From assembly GCA_003543215.1 (NCBI GenBank), contig DPJD01000001.1:326188-390187 (forward strand): a stretch of 64,000 nt of DNA, written 5' to 3'. This DNA comes from Erysipelotrichaceae bacterium (GTDB lineage Bacteria > Bacillota_I > Bacilli_A > Erysipelotrichales > Erysipelotrichaceae). The notes under the pieces are model-generated. The model was not told the origin of the DNA. It did no database searches and saw only the letters and a list, made by a program, of their open reading frames with translations. Below are positions 24,819-34,125 of this stretch, one piece after another; positions within the stretch are counted from its first letter, which is position 1, and the number at the start of each line of letters is the position of its first letter. The translations under genes were made by a program, and so were the position numbers.

Positions 24819-25034
24819 ATGCCGATCATCTTATGGTTAGCTTATATGGTGGCCTTGTTCTCTGGCGGACTAATCTATGTCTCCATTTTTGGTGGCGTAT
24901 TCAGAGCAGACAGCTTGATCATCGGACTCCTGTTTTTCTCGGGATCATCCTATGTGATCCATCTTATGAATAAACAGATACCAGGTGGTCAAGATATTGA
25001 AGATTTGATCGATCGAACAGTGCCAAGAGAATAA
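24819..25034 (+). CDS. Small two-TM membrane protein (71 aa)
   Basis: Strong RBS AAGGGGGAAG, two hydrophobic helices, own terminator at 25045-25075. Confidence 0.45.
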   Translation: MPIILWLAYMVALFSGGLIYVSIFGGVFRADSLIIGLLFFSGSSYVIHLMNKQIPGGQDIEDLIDRTVPRE

Positions 25035-25044
25035 GTTTAATGAG

Positions 25045-25075
25045 AGACTGTGACGTTATGTTACAGTCTTTTCTT
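25045..25075 (+). terminator. Intrinsic terminator
   Basis: AGACTGTGAC...GTTACAGTCT followed by TTTCTT. Confidence 0.6.
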
Positions 25076-25110
25076 AGGAAGTTGAGTACATTTTACATAT
25101 ATATATATTA

Positions 25111-25389
25111 TTGATATCGTATGTGATATTATGGAGGTGTAAGATTAGTTCTAAAGAGAAAAGAATAAAGCGATTACTTTCAGAACCTTATCGAAAAGAC
25201 ATTCGTTTTGATGAATTAGTTCTGGTGATGCATGATTTTGGCTATCGTTTGGATCGTATTAGAGGTAGCCATGCTTATTTCATTCATTCAAAGTACCCAA
25301 ATATCTGTGTACCTAAACATGAACCCATTAAAGTTGCCTATATTAAGTCAATTATTCAAGTGCTGAAAGCACAGGAGGAAACACGATGA
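25111..25389 (+). CDS. hicA: HicA family type II toxin (mRNA interferase); start codon uncertain (TTG 25111, GTG 25123, or ATT 25144 six nt after GGAGG)
   Basis: ...FDELVLVMHDFGYRLDRIRGSHAYFIH... matches the HicA/YcfA dsRBD-like fold with its GSH motif. Confidence 0.7.
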   Translation: MISYVILWRCKISSKEKRIKRLLSEPYRKDIRFDELVLVMHDFGYRLDRIRGSHAYFIHSKYPNICVPKHEPIKVAYIKSIIQVLKAQEETR

Positions 25390-25724
25390 ATTATCCAATG
25401 CGCTTATACACTGTTGAAACCGTAGAAGGACCAGAATGGATTGCTGAGTTTGTGGATATCTTTGGTTGTGTTGGTGGAGGGAATACTGCAAAAGGAGCTT
25501 TGGAAGATGCCTTGATTAACTTGGAGTATTATTTGGGGTTTGTAAAAGAAAGGGGTGAGGATATTCCTCAGCCCTCTGATTATAATGAATGCAACGGTAA
25601 GATTGCTTTACGTTTACCAAAATCGATGCATCGTCGTTTATTGAAATTATCAGAAGATGAAGGGAAAAGTTTAAATCAATTGATTCTCGATTCATTTGAA
25701 AGAAAGATGGGTGGGAATGAATGA
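25386..25724 (+). CDS. hicB: HicB family antitoxin, copy 1 (N-terminal HicB fold + C-terminal RHH)
   Basis: ATGA overlap with hicA. EGPEWIAEFVDIFGCVGGGNT...EAL HicB core. KIALRLPKSMHRRL RHH strand. Confidence 0.8.
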   Translation: MNYPMRLYTVETVEGPEWIAEFVDIFGCVGGGNTAKGALEDALINLEYYLGFVKERGEDIPQPSDYNECNGKIALRLPKSMHRRLLKLSEDEGKSLNQLILDSFERKMGGNE

Positions 25725-26055
25725 ATTATCCAATGCGCTTATACACTGTTGAATCCGTAGAAGGACCAGAATGGATTGCAGAATTTGTAGATATTTTCGG
25801 TTGTGTTGGTGGAGGGAATACTGCACAAGAGGCTTTAGAAGATGCCTTGATTAACTTAGAGTATTATTTAGAGTTCGCAAAAGAAAGGGGTGAGGATATT
25901 CCTCAACCCTCAGATTATAATGAATGCAATGGAAAGATTGCTTTACGGTTACCAAAGTCGATGCATCGTCGTTTGGTGATGAAAGCGGATGAGGAAGGTG
26001 TAAGTTTAAATCAACTCTTGGTTTCTTATCTTGCGGAAATGTTGGGAGCAAAAGG
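25386..26055 (+). repeat. Tandem direct duplication (2 x 335 bp) covering the two hicB genes
   Basis: Both units start ATGAATTATCCAATGCGCTTATACACTGTTGAA. DNA is near-identical for about 265 nt and then diverges. Confidence 0.85.
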
Positions 26056-26065
26056 TAAAATTTAA
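25721..26065 (+). CDS. hicB: HicB family antitoxin, copy 2 (tandem paralogue)
   Basis: 80/85 identical to copy 1 over the N-terminal 85 aa, divergent after HRRL; ATGA overlap with copy 1. Confidence 0.8.
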   Translation: MNYPMRLYTVESVEGPEWIAEFVDIFGCVGGGNTAQEALEDALINLEYYLEFAKERGEDIPQPSDYNECNGKIALRLPKSMHRRLVMKADEEGVSLNQLLVSYLAEMLGAKGKI

Positions 26066-26162
26066 TTGATTGTTGTAATAGACTAATGATTGCCACAATA
26101 TTTGAATAATTCTGGTCTAGATGATCAGATTTTTTCGTTGTAGACTATAGGCGAAGGTTAAA

Positions 26163-28118
26163 ATGATCAAAATTACAAAACGTCAGAAGGATATACTACA
26201 TTTTCTGTTGGAAAACGATGTTTTCATAACGGTCAAAAACCTATCAGAACGATTTGATGTAAGTTCAAGAACACTTAGATATGATTTAGATTTAATTGAG
26301 TATTACTTAAAAGAACAAGACATAAGTCTTGAACGAAAACCGCATTATGGGGTTCGTATTCAGTTCAATGAAAGTGAATATAAATCAATCATCGGAATTT
26401 TGAATCGAAATGATGATTATCAGCTTCCACAAGAAGAACGAAGAAGACTCGTATTGTTCTATTTACTTTGTGAATCACTACTCACTATTGAACATCTCGC
26501 AGAATTATTAGAAGTAAGTAAACAAACCATTCAAACTGATTTAGAGGAACTTGATAAAGAGTTAGATCAAACAAGTCTCAAAATAGTTCGAAAAGTCCGA
26601 CTTGGCTGTTATGTAGAAGGAGATGAAATTGATATAAGACGATATTTTTCCAACTTGTACACACGGATGAGTGAATCAGAACGTTCTGTTATTGATAAAT
26701 ATGTCAAAGACAAATGTATCAAAATTACAGAGAAAGCTAGTCGTATCGTACGAAATATGGAAAACTTCCAAAAGTTTAACTTTGCACATCCTGATGAACT
26801 CCGGAGTATTATTGCTTTCAATCTATATCGAAGCAGTAACGGTATGGTTTTACCTAACAATTACACGCATCAATTTGAAGCAGGACGTCTTTCATTAGTT
26901 GAAAAGCTTACAAACAACTTTGAGATGAATATCAATGAGAATGATGCGATGTTCATTCTTGAGCACATGTTGGATGCAAAAGTTGATTCAACACCTCAAA
27001 CTTGGATTGAACAAGATGAAGATGGAATCATTGCAAATGAACTCGCAGACTTTTTATTGAATGGATTAAATGAAGTCCCAAAACTTAGTGATGAAGAAAG
27101 TACCAGTTTCATTGAGAACTTACAGCTTCATCTCAAAATAACCCTCTTTAGAATTCGAAATAAGTTGAATGTTGAGAATCAAATTCTCGATCGTGTCAAA
27201 GTTAGTATTCCTTTGATTTATGAGTATACAAAGTCTCGACTGATTGAATACGAAGCCAAAAAAGGACTATATTTCAACGAAGAAGAAATTGCTTATATTG
27301 CCATGCATGTTGGTGCAATCGTTGAGAAAAGAGCTTTGTATGCGCCAGGTTTAAATGTGTTGGTTGCATGTCACTTTGGCATTGCTACATCTAAAATCAT
27401 GGTTTCACGATTAGCAGCCATGATTCCTGAAATCAACATCATTGGACCGGTAACGCTTGATGAAGTTCCAAAGTATATTACAGGTCAAACCATTGATTTG
27501 ATTATTACGACTCTTAAGTTTGACTCTAGTATCGATACTGTCCAAGTTAGTCCACTTTTATCGGATGAAGATGTGTATCGAATCAAGTCGAAAGTATATA
27601 AGAGCACCTATCTTAAACAGTGTAATAACTTTATCAAGAATTTCAACTATGGGAGTACTGAAAGTTACAAACTATCTGATTGTTTAGTGGATAAATATAT
27701 CCAAATCTATGATGAGCTACCTGATTGGAGAACTGCAATTCGATTAGCGGCGCGACCACTTGTGGATGATCGATTGATCGAAAAACGTTATGTCGATCGG
27801 ATGATCAGAGCTGTGGAAGAATTTGGAAATTACATGGTGATTCTCCCAGAAACAGCATTTGTTCATGCAGGCATTGATGATGGTGTAAACGAACCTTGTG
27901 TAAGTTTACTCGTCCTGAAGACACCGACTGTATTTGGAAATCAGAACCAAGAGTTGATCCGAAATATCGTTGTAATCGCAGTAAAGAAAAGGGAGGATGA
28001 TATCATCTTGAAACTGGCAAAGATTTTAGAGAATCCAGATAATCGTAAACAATTGAATCAAGATCATATTACAGTCAACCAGATTTTAGAGCTAAAACAC
28101 GAGGTTAAATTATGTTAG
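26163..28118 (+). CDS. PRD-domain transcriptional activator of the MtlR/LicR class (HTH-PRD-PRD-EIIB-like-EIIA-like)
   Basis: N-terminal KRQKDILHFLL...VKNLSERFDVSSRTLRYDL HTH, 651 aa, C-terminal EIIA(Mtl/Fru)-like region. Overlaps the downstream EIIA gene by 7 nt. Confidence 0.8.
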   Translation: MIKITKRQKDILHFLLENDVFITVKNLSERFDVSSRTLRYDLDLIEYYLKEQDISLERKPHYGVRIQFNESEYKSIIGILNRNDDYQLPQEERRRLVLFYLLCESLLTIEHLAELLEVSKQTIQTDLEELDKELDQTSLKIVRKVRLGCYVEGDEIDIRRYFSNLYTRMSESERSVIDKYVKDKCIKITEKASRIVRNMENFQKFNFAHPDELRSIIAFNLYRSSNGMVLPNNYTHQFEAGRLSLVEKLTNNFEMNINENDAMFILEHMLDAKVDSTPQTWIEQDEDGIIANELADFLLNGLNEVPKLSDEESTSFIENLQLHLKITLFRIRNKLNVENQILDRVKVSIPLIYEYTKSRLIEYEAKKGLYFNEEEIAYIAMHVGAIVEKRALYAPGLNVLVACHFGIATSKIMVSRLAAMIPEINIIGPVTLDEVPKYITGQTIDLIITTLKFDSSIDTVQVSPLLSDEDVYRIKSKVYKSTYLKQCNNFIKNFNYGSTESYKLSDCLVDKYIQIYDELPDWRTAIRLAARPLVDDRLIEKRYVDRMIRAVEEFGNYMVILPETAFVHAGIDDGVNEPCVSLLVLKTPTVFGNQNQELIRNIVVIAVKKREDDIILKLAKILENPDNRKQLNQDHITVNQILELKHEVKLC

Positions 28119-28588
28119 AAATCGTAAGAATCGAGAACATCTTAGTAAATCAAGAACCCAATAACTGGGAAGAATCCATCTCAATTGTCGGTCAACTACT
28201 CGAAAATGCAGGTAGTATCAATGCAAAATATACAGAGGCAATGATCGAAGCAGTCAAGCAACTTGGCCCGTACATCGTTATTGGTAAACACATTGCTATT
28301 GCACATGCTGCGCCTGAAGTACATGTTCATAAAAACGACATGTCAGTAGCAATCTTATCAAAACCAGTTGCTTTCGGGTCGCAAAACGATCCTGTTAAAG
28401 TGTTGTTTGCTTTAGCTAGTGTCGATGGAAAGTCACATCTTGAGAAGTTGATGGAATTGGCACGAATCATCGGTGAAGATGATGAAGTTGTAGATCTCTT
28501 AAGTAAATGTACGACGAAAGAAGAAGTATATGAAATTATCAATGGTGTAAACAATGGTCGCGTTCCATTGTCACATAGAAAGGGGTAA
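28112..28588 (+). CDS. PTS EIIA component, ascorbate/mannitol (UlaC/SgaA) family
   Basis: GKHIAIAHAAPE phosphorylatable-His motif; about 158 aa. Confidence 0.85.
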   Translation: MLEIVRIENILVNQEPNNWEESISIVGQLLENAGSINAKYTEAMIEAVKQLGPYIVIGKHIAIAHAAPEVHVHKNDMSVAILSKPVAFGSQNDPVKVLFALASVDGKSHLEKLMELARIIGEDDEVVDLLSKCTTKEEVYEIINGVNNGRVPLSHRKG

Positions 28589-28589
28589 T

Positions 28590-28886
28590 GTGTTGGGAAA
28601 GAGGCTAAAAATTCAGACTGTATGTGGGTTTGGTGTGGGGACATCGATGTTTTTGAAAATGAAAGTCGATGAAGTTGTAAAAAGTAATAATTTGAATATT
28701 GATGTGTATTGTGGGGATGTCACGACTTGTACTTCAAGTGAATGTGATGCGATCTTTACGTCTGCAGAGCTCGCTGAAACAATTGGTCGAAGTGCAAAAG
28801 TTCCAGTAATTGTAATTAATAGCTTTATTAATTCGAAGGAAATCACTGAGAAAACTTTAAAGTTTGTCAGTGAAGTAACACAATGA
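28590..28886 (+). CDS. PTS EIIB component, ascorbate (UlaB/SgaB) family
   Basis: KIQTVCGFGVGTSMFLKMKV active-site Cys motif. GTG 28590 lies just after the EIIA stop and AAAGGGG. Confidence 0.8.
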   Translation: MLGKRLKIQTVCGFGVGTSMFLKMKVDEVVKSNNLNIDVYCGDVTTCTSSECDAIFTSAELAETIGRSAKVPVIVINSFINSKEITEKTLKFVSEVTQ

Positions 28887-28896
28887 AAGGGAAAAA

Positions 28897-30183
28897 ATGG
28901 AATTCTTAAATTTTATAGTTTCAGATATATTTGGTAATGCTTCTATTTTCTTGGCTTTGATTGCTGCAGTAGGTTTGATTGTTCAACGTAAGACAATTGT
29001 TGAAGTATTACAAGGTTCTGCAAAAACTGCTATTGGTGTCGTAGTTCTGACACAAGGAAATGGCATCATCATTTCTGCCATTCTTGGTTTATCAGCAGCC
29101 TTCAGTGCTTTGAATCCTACGACTGCAAGTGCAGTTACTGAAATAGGCTCAGATGCATTTGGAGCAATGTTCGGTACTCAAATCGGTATCGTCATGATCG
29201 TTGCATTTGCGCTCAACATTTTAGTAGCTCGATTCACAAAATGGAAAACAATCTTCTTAACAGGTCATATGTTATATTGGTTCCCATTTGTCTTCTTGGC
29301 AGCGGGTTATGATGCTGGGTTAAGAGATACAAAACTCTTGATCTTAGCAACCGTATTTACAGCTTTATATATGATCATCATGCCGAACTTGCTACAACCG
29401 TTTGTTCGTAAAGTTACTGGTGATGATTCATTTGCAATCGGACATCCAACAGCCGGTTTGTCGATCATCAGTGGTTTCTTAGGCCAAATGTTTGGGGATA
29501 AATCAAAATCGACAGAATCGTTAAACTTCCCTAAAGGCTTGGCTTTCTTAAAGGAAATTTCAATTACTGGTGGAATTGTTGTTGCTTTGACTTATGTCGT
29601 TATGACTGTATTGATGTACATGAATGGTATTGATGGGGCAGCTGTGTTTGGTTTAGCATCTGCATCAAAATTATTCTCACATATCTTATTGATGGCCTTT
29701 ACATTTGGAGCTGGTTTAACGGTTCTATTGTTAGGGGTCCGTATGGTTATTGCTGAAATCGTTCCAGCATTCAAAGGCTTCTCAGACAAAATCGTACCAG
29801 GTGCCATTCCTGCGCTCGATTGTCCGATGCTATTTGCTTATGCACCGAATGCTTTGGTTATCGGTTTCATTACAGCAATGATTACCTCAGTTATTACAAT
29901 CATTCTTACAAGCTCAATGGGCATCTTCCAAACGGTTGTGTTACCACTTACAATCACTTGTTTCTTTGAACTTGGAACAGCCGCAATCATTGGTAATGCA
30001 ACAGGTGGTGTAAGAGGAGCGATTTTAGGTTCGGCAGTTGGTGGTGTTATTATGGTCTTCTTAGTTGGTTTTGGGGCACCATTCTTCATGAATACAATCA
30101 ACCAATGGTTGCTCGTGTTTGGTGGTCAAGATTTCTCGATTTGGGGTATCATAGCCGGCTTATTTGCTCGACTCTTTGCGTAA
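28897..30183 (+). CDS. PTS EIIC permease, ascorbate (UlaA/SgaT) family
   Basis: 428 aa polytopic membrane protein; N-terminus MEFLNFIVSDIFGNASIFLALIA is typical of UlaA-type EIIC. Confidence 0.85.
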   Translation: MEFLNFIVSDIFGNASIFLALIAAVGLIVQRKTIVEVLQGSAKTAIGVVVLTQGNGIIISAILGLSAAFSALNPTTASAVTEIGSDAFGAMFGTQIGIVMIVAFALNILVARFTKWKTIFLTGHMLYWFPFVFLAAGYDAGLRDTKLLILATVFTALYMIIMPNLLQPFVRKVTGDDSFAIGHPTAGLSIISGFLGQMFGDKSKSTESLNFPKGLAFLKEISITGGIVVALTYVVMTVLMYMNGIDGAAVFGLASASKLFSHILLMAFTFGAGLTVLLLGVRMVIAEIVPAFKGFSDKIVPGAIPALDCPMLFAYAPNALVIGFITAMITSVITIILTSSMGIFQTVVLPLTITCFFELGTAAIIGNATGGVRGAILGSAVGGVIMVFLVGFGAPFFMNTINQWLLVFGGQDFSIWGIIAGLFARLFA

Positions 30184-30927
30184 ATGGTTAGCCAAAGTTT
30201 ACAGTATGTACAACACATCAAAGATATAATGGATCGTGTCGTAGATACTCAATACAAACAGATTGATGAAGCTTCAAACATAATCGTTGAAGCAATTAAA
30301 AATAATAAATGTATTTATGTTTTTGGTGCTTCGCATGCGGGTATCATAGCTCAAGAAGTCTTCTATCGTACGGGTGGATTGGTGCCTATCAATCCAATTC
30401 TTCCAGCATCGTTGATGCTGAATGTCCGTCCAGTTTCGCATACCAGTGCAATGGAACGCTTAGAGGGTTATGGTTCAGAAGTTCTTAAGACTACTAAAAT
30501 AGAAGCAGGAGATGTGTTGTTGATTCATTCTGTTTCTGGTCGTAATGCAGTCGCAATCGATATGGCACTTGATGCTCGGCAAAAAGGTGTCTATGTCATT
30601 GCTCTTACAAATATTAGCTACTCTTCCCAGGTTACGGCTCGACATAGCTCTGGTAGACGTCTGTATGAATGTGCAGATCTCGTCATTGATAATTGTGGTG
30701 ACTTTGAAGATTCGTGTATGGCAATCGAACATTTTGATCAAAAAGTTGCACCATCATCTACTGTCATTGGAGCTATGATTGTCAACATGATGGTTGTACA
30801 GATCACAGAAAAGTTAATAGCGTTAGGAATCAAACCACCTATCTATCATAGCGCGAATGTAGATGGTGGAGATGCTTTTAACAAGCAGATGTTTGAAAAG
30901 TATAAAGATCAAATTCATTATCTATAA
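30184..30927 (+). CDS. SIS (sugar isomerase/phosphosugar-binding) domain protein, UPF0309-like
   Basis: CIYVFGASHAGIIAQE and HSVSGRNAVAID SIS motifs; start abuts the EIIC stop. Confidence 0.75.
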   Translation: MVSQSLQYVQHIKDIMDRVVDTQYKQIDEASNIIVEAIKNNKCIYVFGASHAGIIAQEVFYRTGGLVPINPILPASLMLNVRPVSHTSAMERLEGYGSEVLKTTKIEAGDVLLIHSVSGRNAVAIDMALDARQKGVYVIALTNISYSSQVTARHSSGRRLYECADLVIDNCGDFEDSCMAIEHFDQKVAPSSTVIGAMIVNMMVVQITEKLIALGIKPPIYHSANVDGGDAFNKQMFEKYKDQIHYL

Positions 30928-30930
30928 GTC

Positions 30931-30959
30931 AAGCACCGTTTACACGGTGCTTGCTTTTT
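30931..30959 (+). terminator. Intrinsic terminator of the PTS operon
   Basis: AAGCACCG-tttaca-CGGTGCTT followed by GCTTTTTG. Confidence 0.75.
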
Positions 30960-31184
30960 GTTATTTCAAACGCTAATTTAAAATCATTATTCTTGACTTC
31001 TACTCAATTTAATGTAAATAAAGTACTGTATAAGCACTCTAACGATCTAAATGCAAGCATGTAATATTTATTTGCACATTTAGTGAATAAGTGATTGTAA
31101 AAAAAGAGGTTACGTTAATATTTAGATACGTACTCTTTCATGTTGTTCCTATTGTTGTGAATTAAGATATCGAATAAACATTCT

Positions 31185-31679
31185 CTAAAAATAAGAATTG
31201 ATGACTTTCTTCATCCATACGATGTCACGCCATTGATTGAATTTATATCCAAGCTTCTCAAAATGGGCCACATGTTCAAAGCCCATTTTTTTATGGAATT
31301 CAATACTTAAGTCATTGGGATAGGTGATGCAAGCCAACATGGTCACGATGCCTTGTGTACGTAAGGCTTCTTCTAAGACCGTATAGAGCTGTTTACCATA
31401 ACCCCGAGCTTGGACATCTTGACAGATATAAACACTCGTCTCAACCGTCCAATCGTAGGCAGAACGCTCTTTATACTTCGTCGCATAGGCATAACCAATA
31501 ATTTCATTATCCACTTCAAGAACGAGGTAGGGAAAACGTTGTTGGATGGATTTGATACGTTGTGTGAAATCACTTAACGTCGGAACTTCTGTTTCAAAGG
31601 TGATTGTGGTATTCAAGACATAAGGGGTATAAATATCCAAAAGGGCTTGTGCATCACCCAAAGTAGCTGTCCGTATCAT
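31185..31679 (-). CDS. GNAT N-acetyltransferase (phosphinothricin acetyltransferase-like)
   Basis: MIRTATLGDAQALLDIYTPYVLNTTITFE... and QARGYGKQLY acetyl-CoA motif. Confidence 0.85.
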   Translation of the reverse strand: MIRTATLGDAQALLDIYTPYVLNTTITFETEVPTLSDFTQRIKSIQQRFPYLVLEVDNEIIGYAYATKYKERSAYDWTVETSVYICQDVQARGYGKQLYTVLEEALRTQGIVTMLACITYPNDLSIEFHKKMGFEHVAHFEKLGYKFNQWRDIVWMKKVINSYF

Positions 31680-31780
31680 AATGACCTCATTTCAATGCTT
31701 CTATTATAAAACCAATTTTGAAACTTGGATGAATAATCTTACGATTCGCTGTAGAATGTGGGTATAAGGAGGAAATGTTT

Positions 31781-32302
31781 ATGACACAGATCATTCGTTC
31801 CATTCCCGCCTATTCCGCTGAAGATAATGTGACAGGCTGTTGCCCCGTCTTTCATCCCGAACACTACGATAATAAGCTCTTTGATTTCAGTGATCTACAT
31901 TTCATTCAAACTTCAACCAAGAGTTTGATGTACGTGCCAACAAACATGGACAAAGTCTTTACCAAGACCCAAGCCGACATCGAAGCCAGTGGTCAAGGTA
32001 TTCATGATCGTTATTTGATCCTCTCACAGGATGTCAGTCCATTTAAATGCAATCACTACTTCATGACCCAAGGACCTGTAACGGATTATCCAAATATTGA
32101 AATCAAAGGCAACTATCTTGCCAAGGTCTACGATGGTGATTTCAAAGACATGGGGAAGTGGGTTAAAGACTTTTCAAAGGTGCTGAAAGACCAAGGAAAT
32201 CCAAAGCCATCAATCTATACGTTTTACACCACCTGCCCGAATTGCGCCAAAGTCTACGGTCATAATTATGTCGTCTTGTTTGGCGAACAAGTGAACGCAT
32301 GA
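31781..32302 (+). CDS. Conserved hypothetical protein with Cys pairs (CC...CPNC)
   Basis: ATG 31781 lies 9 nt after AGGAGG. NVTGCCPVFHPE and TTCPNCAK motifs. Function unknown. Confidence 0.5.
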   Translation: MTQIIRSIPAYSAEDNVTGCCPVFHPEHYDNKLFDFSDLHFIQTSTKSLMYVPTNMDKVFTKTQADIEASGQGIHDRYLILSQDVSPFKCNHYFMTQGPVTDYPNIEIKGNYLAKVYDGDFKDMGKWVKDFSKVLKDQGNPKPSIYTFYTTCPNCAKVYGHNYVVLFGEQVNA

Positions 32303-32919
32303 AGCCAATCTTAATCTTCGACATCGATGGGACACTTCTCGATACCCTACGATTGAACATGGTCACGCTCTTGGAATTGGTTCATGAACTGGGCTTCAAG
32401 AACGAAGACGGTCATAGCATACTTCGCTATGCATCTCATCCCGGCATGCAAGTCATGCATGAATTTGGGCTTGAGAAGCCTGAAGAAGCCTATGCCCGTT
32501 GGGTTCAAAAAGTACGTGCTTTTCCTGAGCAAGCACAGCCTTATCCAGGGGTTGTGGAGATGATTAAATCACTCCATACCTCAGGCTATCGTCTCGCCAT
32601 CGTCAGTTCAAAGAGACGCCAACAATACGAGATCGAATTCATTCGTTTGGCACTGATCGATTATTTTGATGTGGCTGTGTTAGCGGATGACTGCGATAAA
32701 CAGAAACCCGATCCTGCTCCTTTGCTTCGGTGTTGCGAGCTGTTGGGTGTTGATGTCAAGGATGCAGTCTATCTCGGGGATTCCATCCTCGATCGCTTAG
32801 CCGCAGAAGCTTGTGGTATGCCATTCATTGCTTGTGTCTGGAAAGGATTTGTGGAAGAAGGCTTGGAAGCATCGAAACAGATCGACTCACCCCAAACCAT
32901 CCTCGATATGTTCAAATAA
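32299..32919 (+). CDS. HAD-superfamily hydrolase (phosphoglycolate phosphatase-like)
   Basis: ILIFDIDGTLLDT motif I, SSK motif II, GDSILD motif III; ATGA overlap with the upstream gene. Confidence 0.85.
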   Translation: MKPILIFDIDGTLLDTLRLNMVTLLELVHELGFKNEDGHSILRYASHPGMQVMHEFGLEKPEEAYARWVQKVRAFPEQAQPYPGVVEMIKSLHTSGYRLAIVSSKRRQQYEIEFIRLALIDYFDVAVLADDCDKQKPDPAPLLRCCELLGVDVKDAVYLGDSILDRLAAEACGMPFIACVWKGFVEEGLEASKQIDSPQTILDMFK

Positions 32920-32942
32920 AAAGGATTCATGGAATCCTTTTA
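32918..32942. terminator. Bidirectional intrinsic terminator
   Basis: AAAAGGATTC-atg-GAATCCTTTT between convergent genes. Confidence 0.65.
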
Positions 32943-33239
32943 AGCGTATTTCGTTAATCGATCTTTAATGAACGGTAGGACATTCAACACGATCGTCCCA
33001 ATGATCAGAATCCTCGATGCGAACACCACCGCATCATTCGTATCCAACAAAGCAATGGTATCGTTGATTTGAATCAGATGATTCGTATACAGAATCTGAG
33101 CATACAAAGCGATCATACAAGCTGTAAGGCTCAAACTACTGTATAAACTTCTTTTTACATTGCGTATTAGCAGGATGCTGATCGGCAATCCCCATGCCAA
33201 CAAACCCATGATAAGACTTAGGATATTCAAGTAAGCCAT
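32940..33239 (-). CDS. Small three-TM membrane protein
   Basis: 99 aa, hydrophobic throughout; RBS GGGGGAAA upstream on the minus strand. Confidence 0.45.
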   Translation of the reverse strand: MAYLNILSLIMGLLAWGLPISILLIRNVKRSLYSSLSLTACMIALYAQILYTNHLIQINDTIALLDTNDAVVFASRILIIGTIVLNVLPFIKDRLTKYA

Positions 33240-33293
33240 TGTGTTTCCCCCTTGATATGCATTTATTTTAACATCTTCGGAAAAAAATCAAAC

Positions 33294-34124
33294 TTACGCA
33301 TGCTTTATGAACGTGCCTCTACGTAATTCTTCAAAAGCGTGTTCCAGTTCACCCCGTGTGTTCATGACGATCGGACCACCAAAGGCCACCGGTTCACGTA
33401 AAGGTTCGCCTTCAAACCACATGAAACGCGCATCATCCAAAGCCGTGATGGTGACTTTGGTACCTTCATCAAAAAGGACCGCAGATTTTTGTGGTAAGAC
33501 TTTATCCATATGCTTGAGTTGACTGTTGAAGGTATAAATGAACAAGGTATCATTCATGTTCATGGTAAGGGTCAAAGATTGATCCTTTTTTAAACTGATA
33601 TCCAAGATTCGCGCTTGAACATATTTTGGTTGAATCTTTGGTACCACCCCATCCACTTCACCGGAGATGACGCGTATCGTATAACCATCTTTCACAATCG
33701 GCTCCACATGATCCGCTTGAATGTCCCAATAAGCTGGTTCACACATCTTGGCTTTCTTCGGTAGATTGATCCAAAGCTGCAGACCCAACATGTGTTGTGT
33801 TGGTTTTGGCATCTCTTGATGGATGATGCCAGAACCTGCTGTCATCCATTGCGCTTCACCACTGTGAATGACACCCTTATTACCCAAGCTGTCTTGATGC
33901 TCAATCATCCCTTCAATCAAATAAGTGAAGGTCTCGATGCCACGATGCGGATGAAAGGGGAAGCCCGCCACATAATCACTGGGATTATTGGAATCAAAGG
34001 CATCCAGCATTAAGAAAGGATCCACATCATAGACATTCTGAGCCCCGATGACCCGTGTGAGTTTGACACCCGCCCCATCCTGAGTGGGATGTCCCTGTAT
34101 GACTTTCTTTACATTGCGTTCCAT
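33294..34124 (-). CDS. Pirin family protein (bicupin)
   Basis: HPHRGIETFTYLIEG and ...MTAGSGIIHQE cupin metal-binding motifs. MERNVKK start preferred (GGAG RBS). Confidence 0.85.
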   Translation of the reverse strand: MERNVKKVIQGHPTQDGAGVKLTRVIGAQNVYDVDPFLMLDAFDSNNPSDYVAGFPFHPHRGIETFTYLIEGMIEHQDSLGNKGVIHSGEAQWMTAGSGIIHQEMPKPTQHMLGLQLWINLPKKAKMCEPAYWDIQADHVEPIVKDGYTIRVISGEVDGVVPKIQPKYVQARILDISLKKDQSLTLTMNMNDTLFIYTFNSQLKHMDKVLPQKSAVLFDEGTKVTITALDDARFMWFEGEPLREPVAFGGPIVMNTRGELEHAFEELRRGTFIKHA

Positions 34125-34125
34125 C

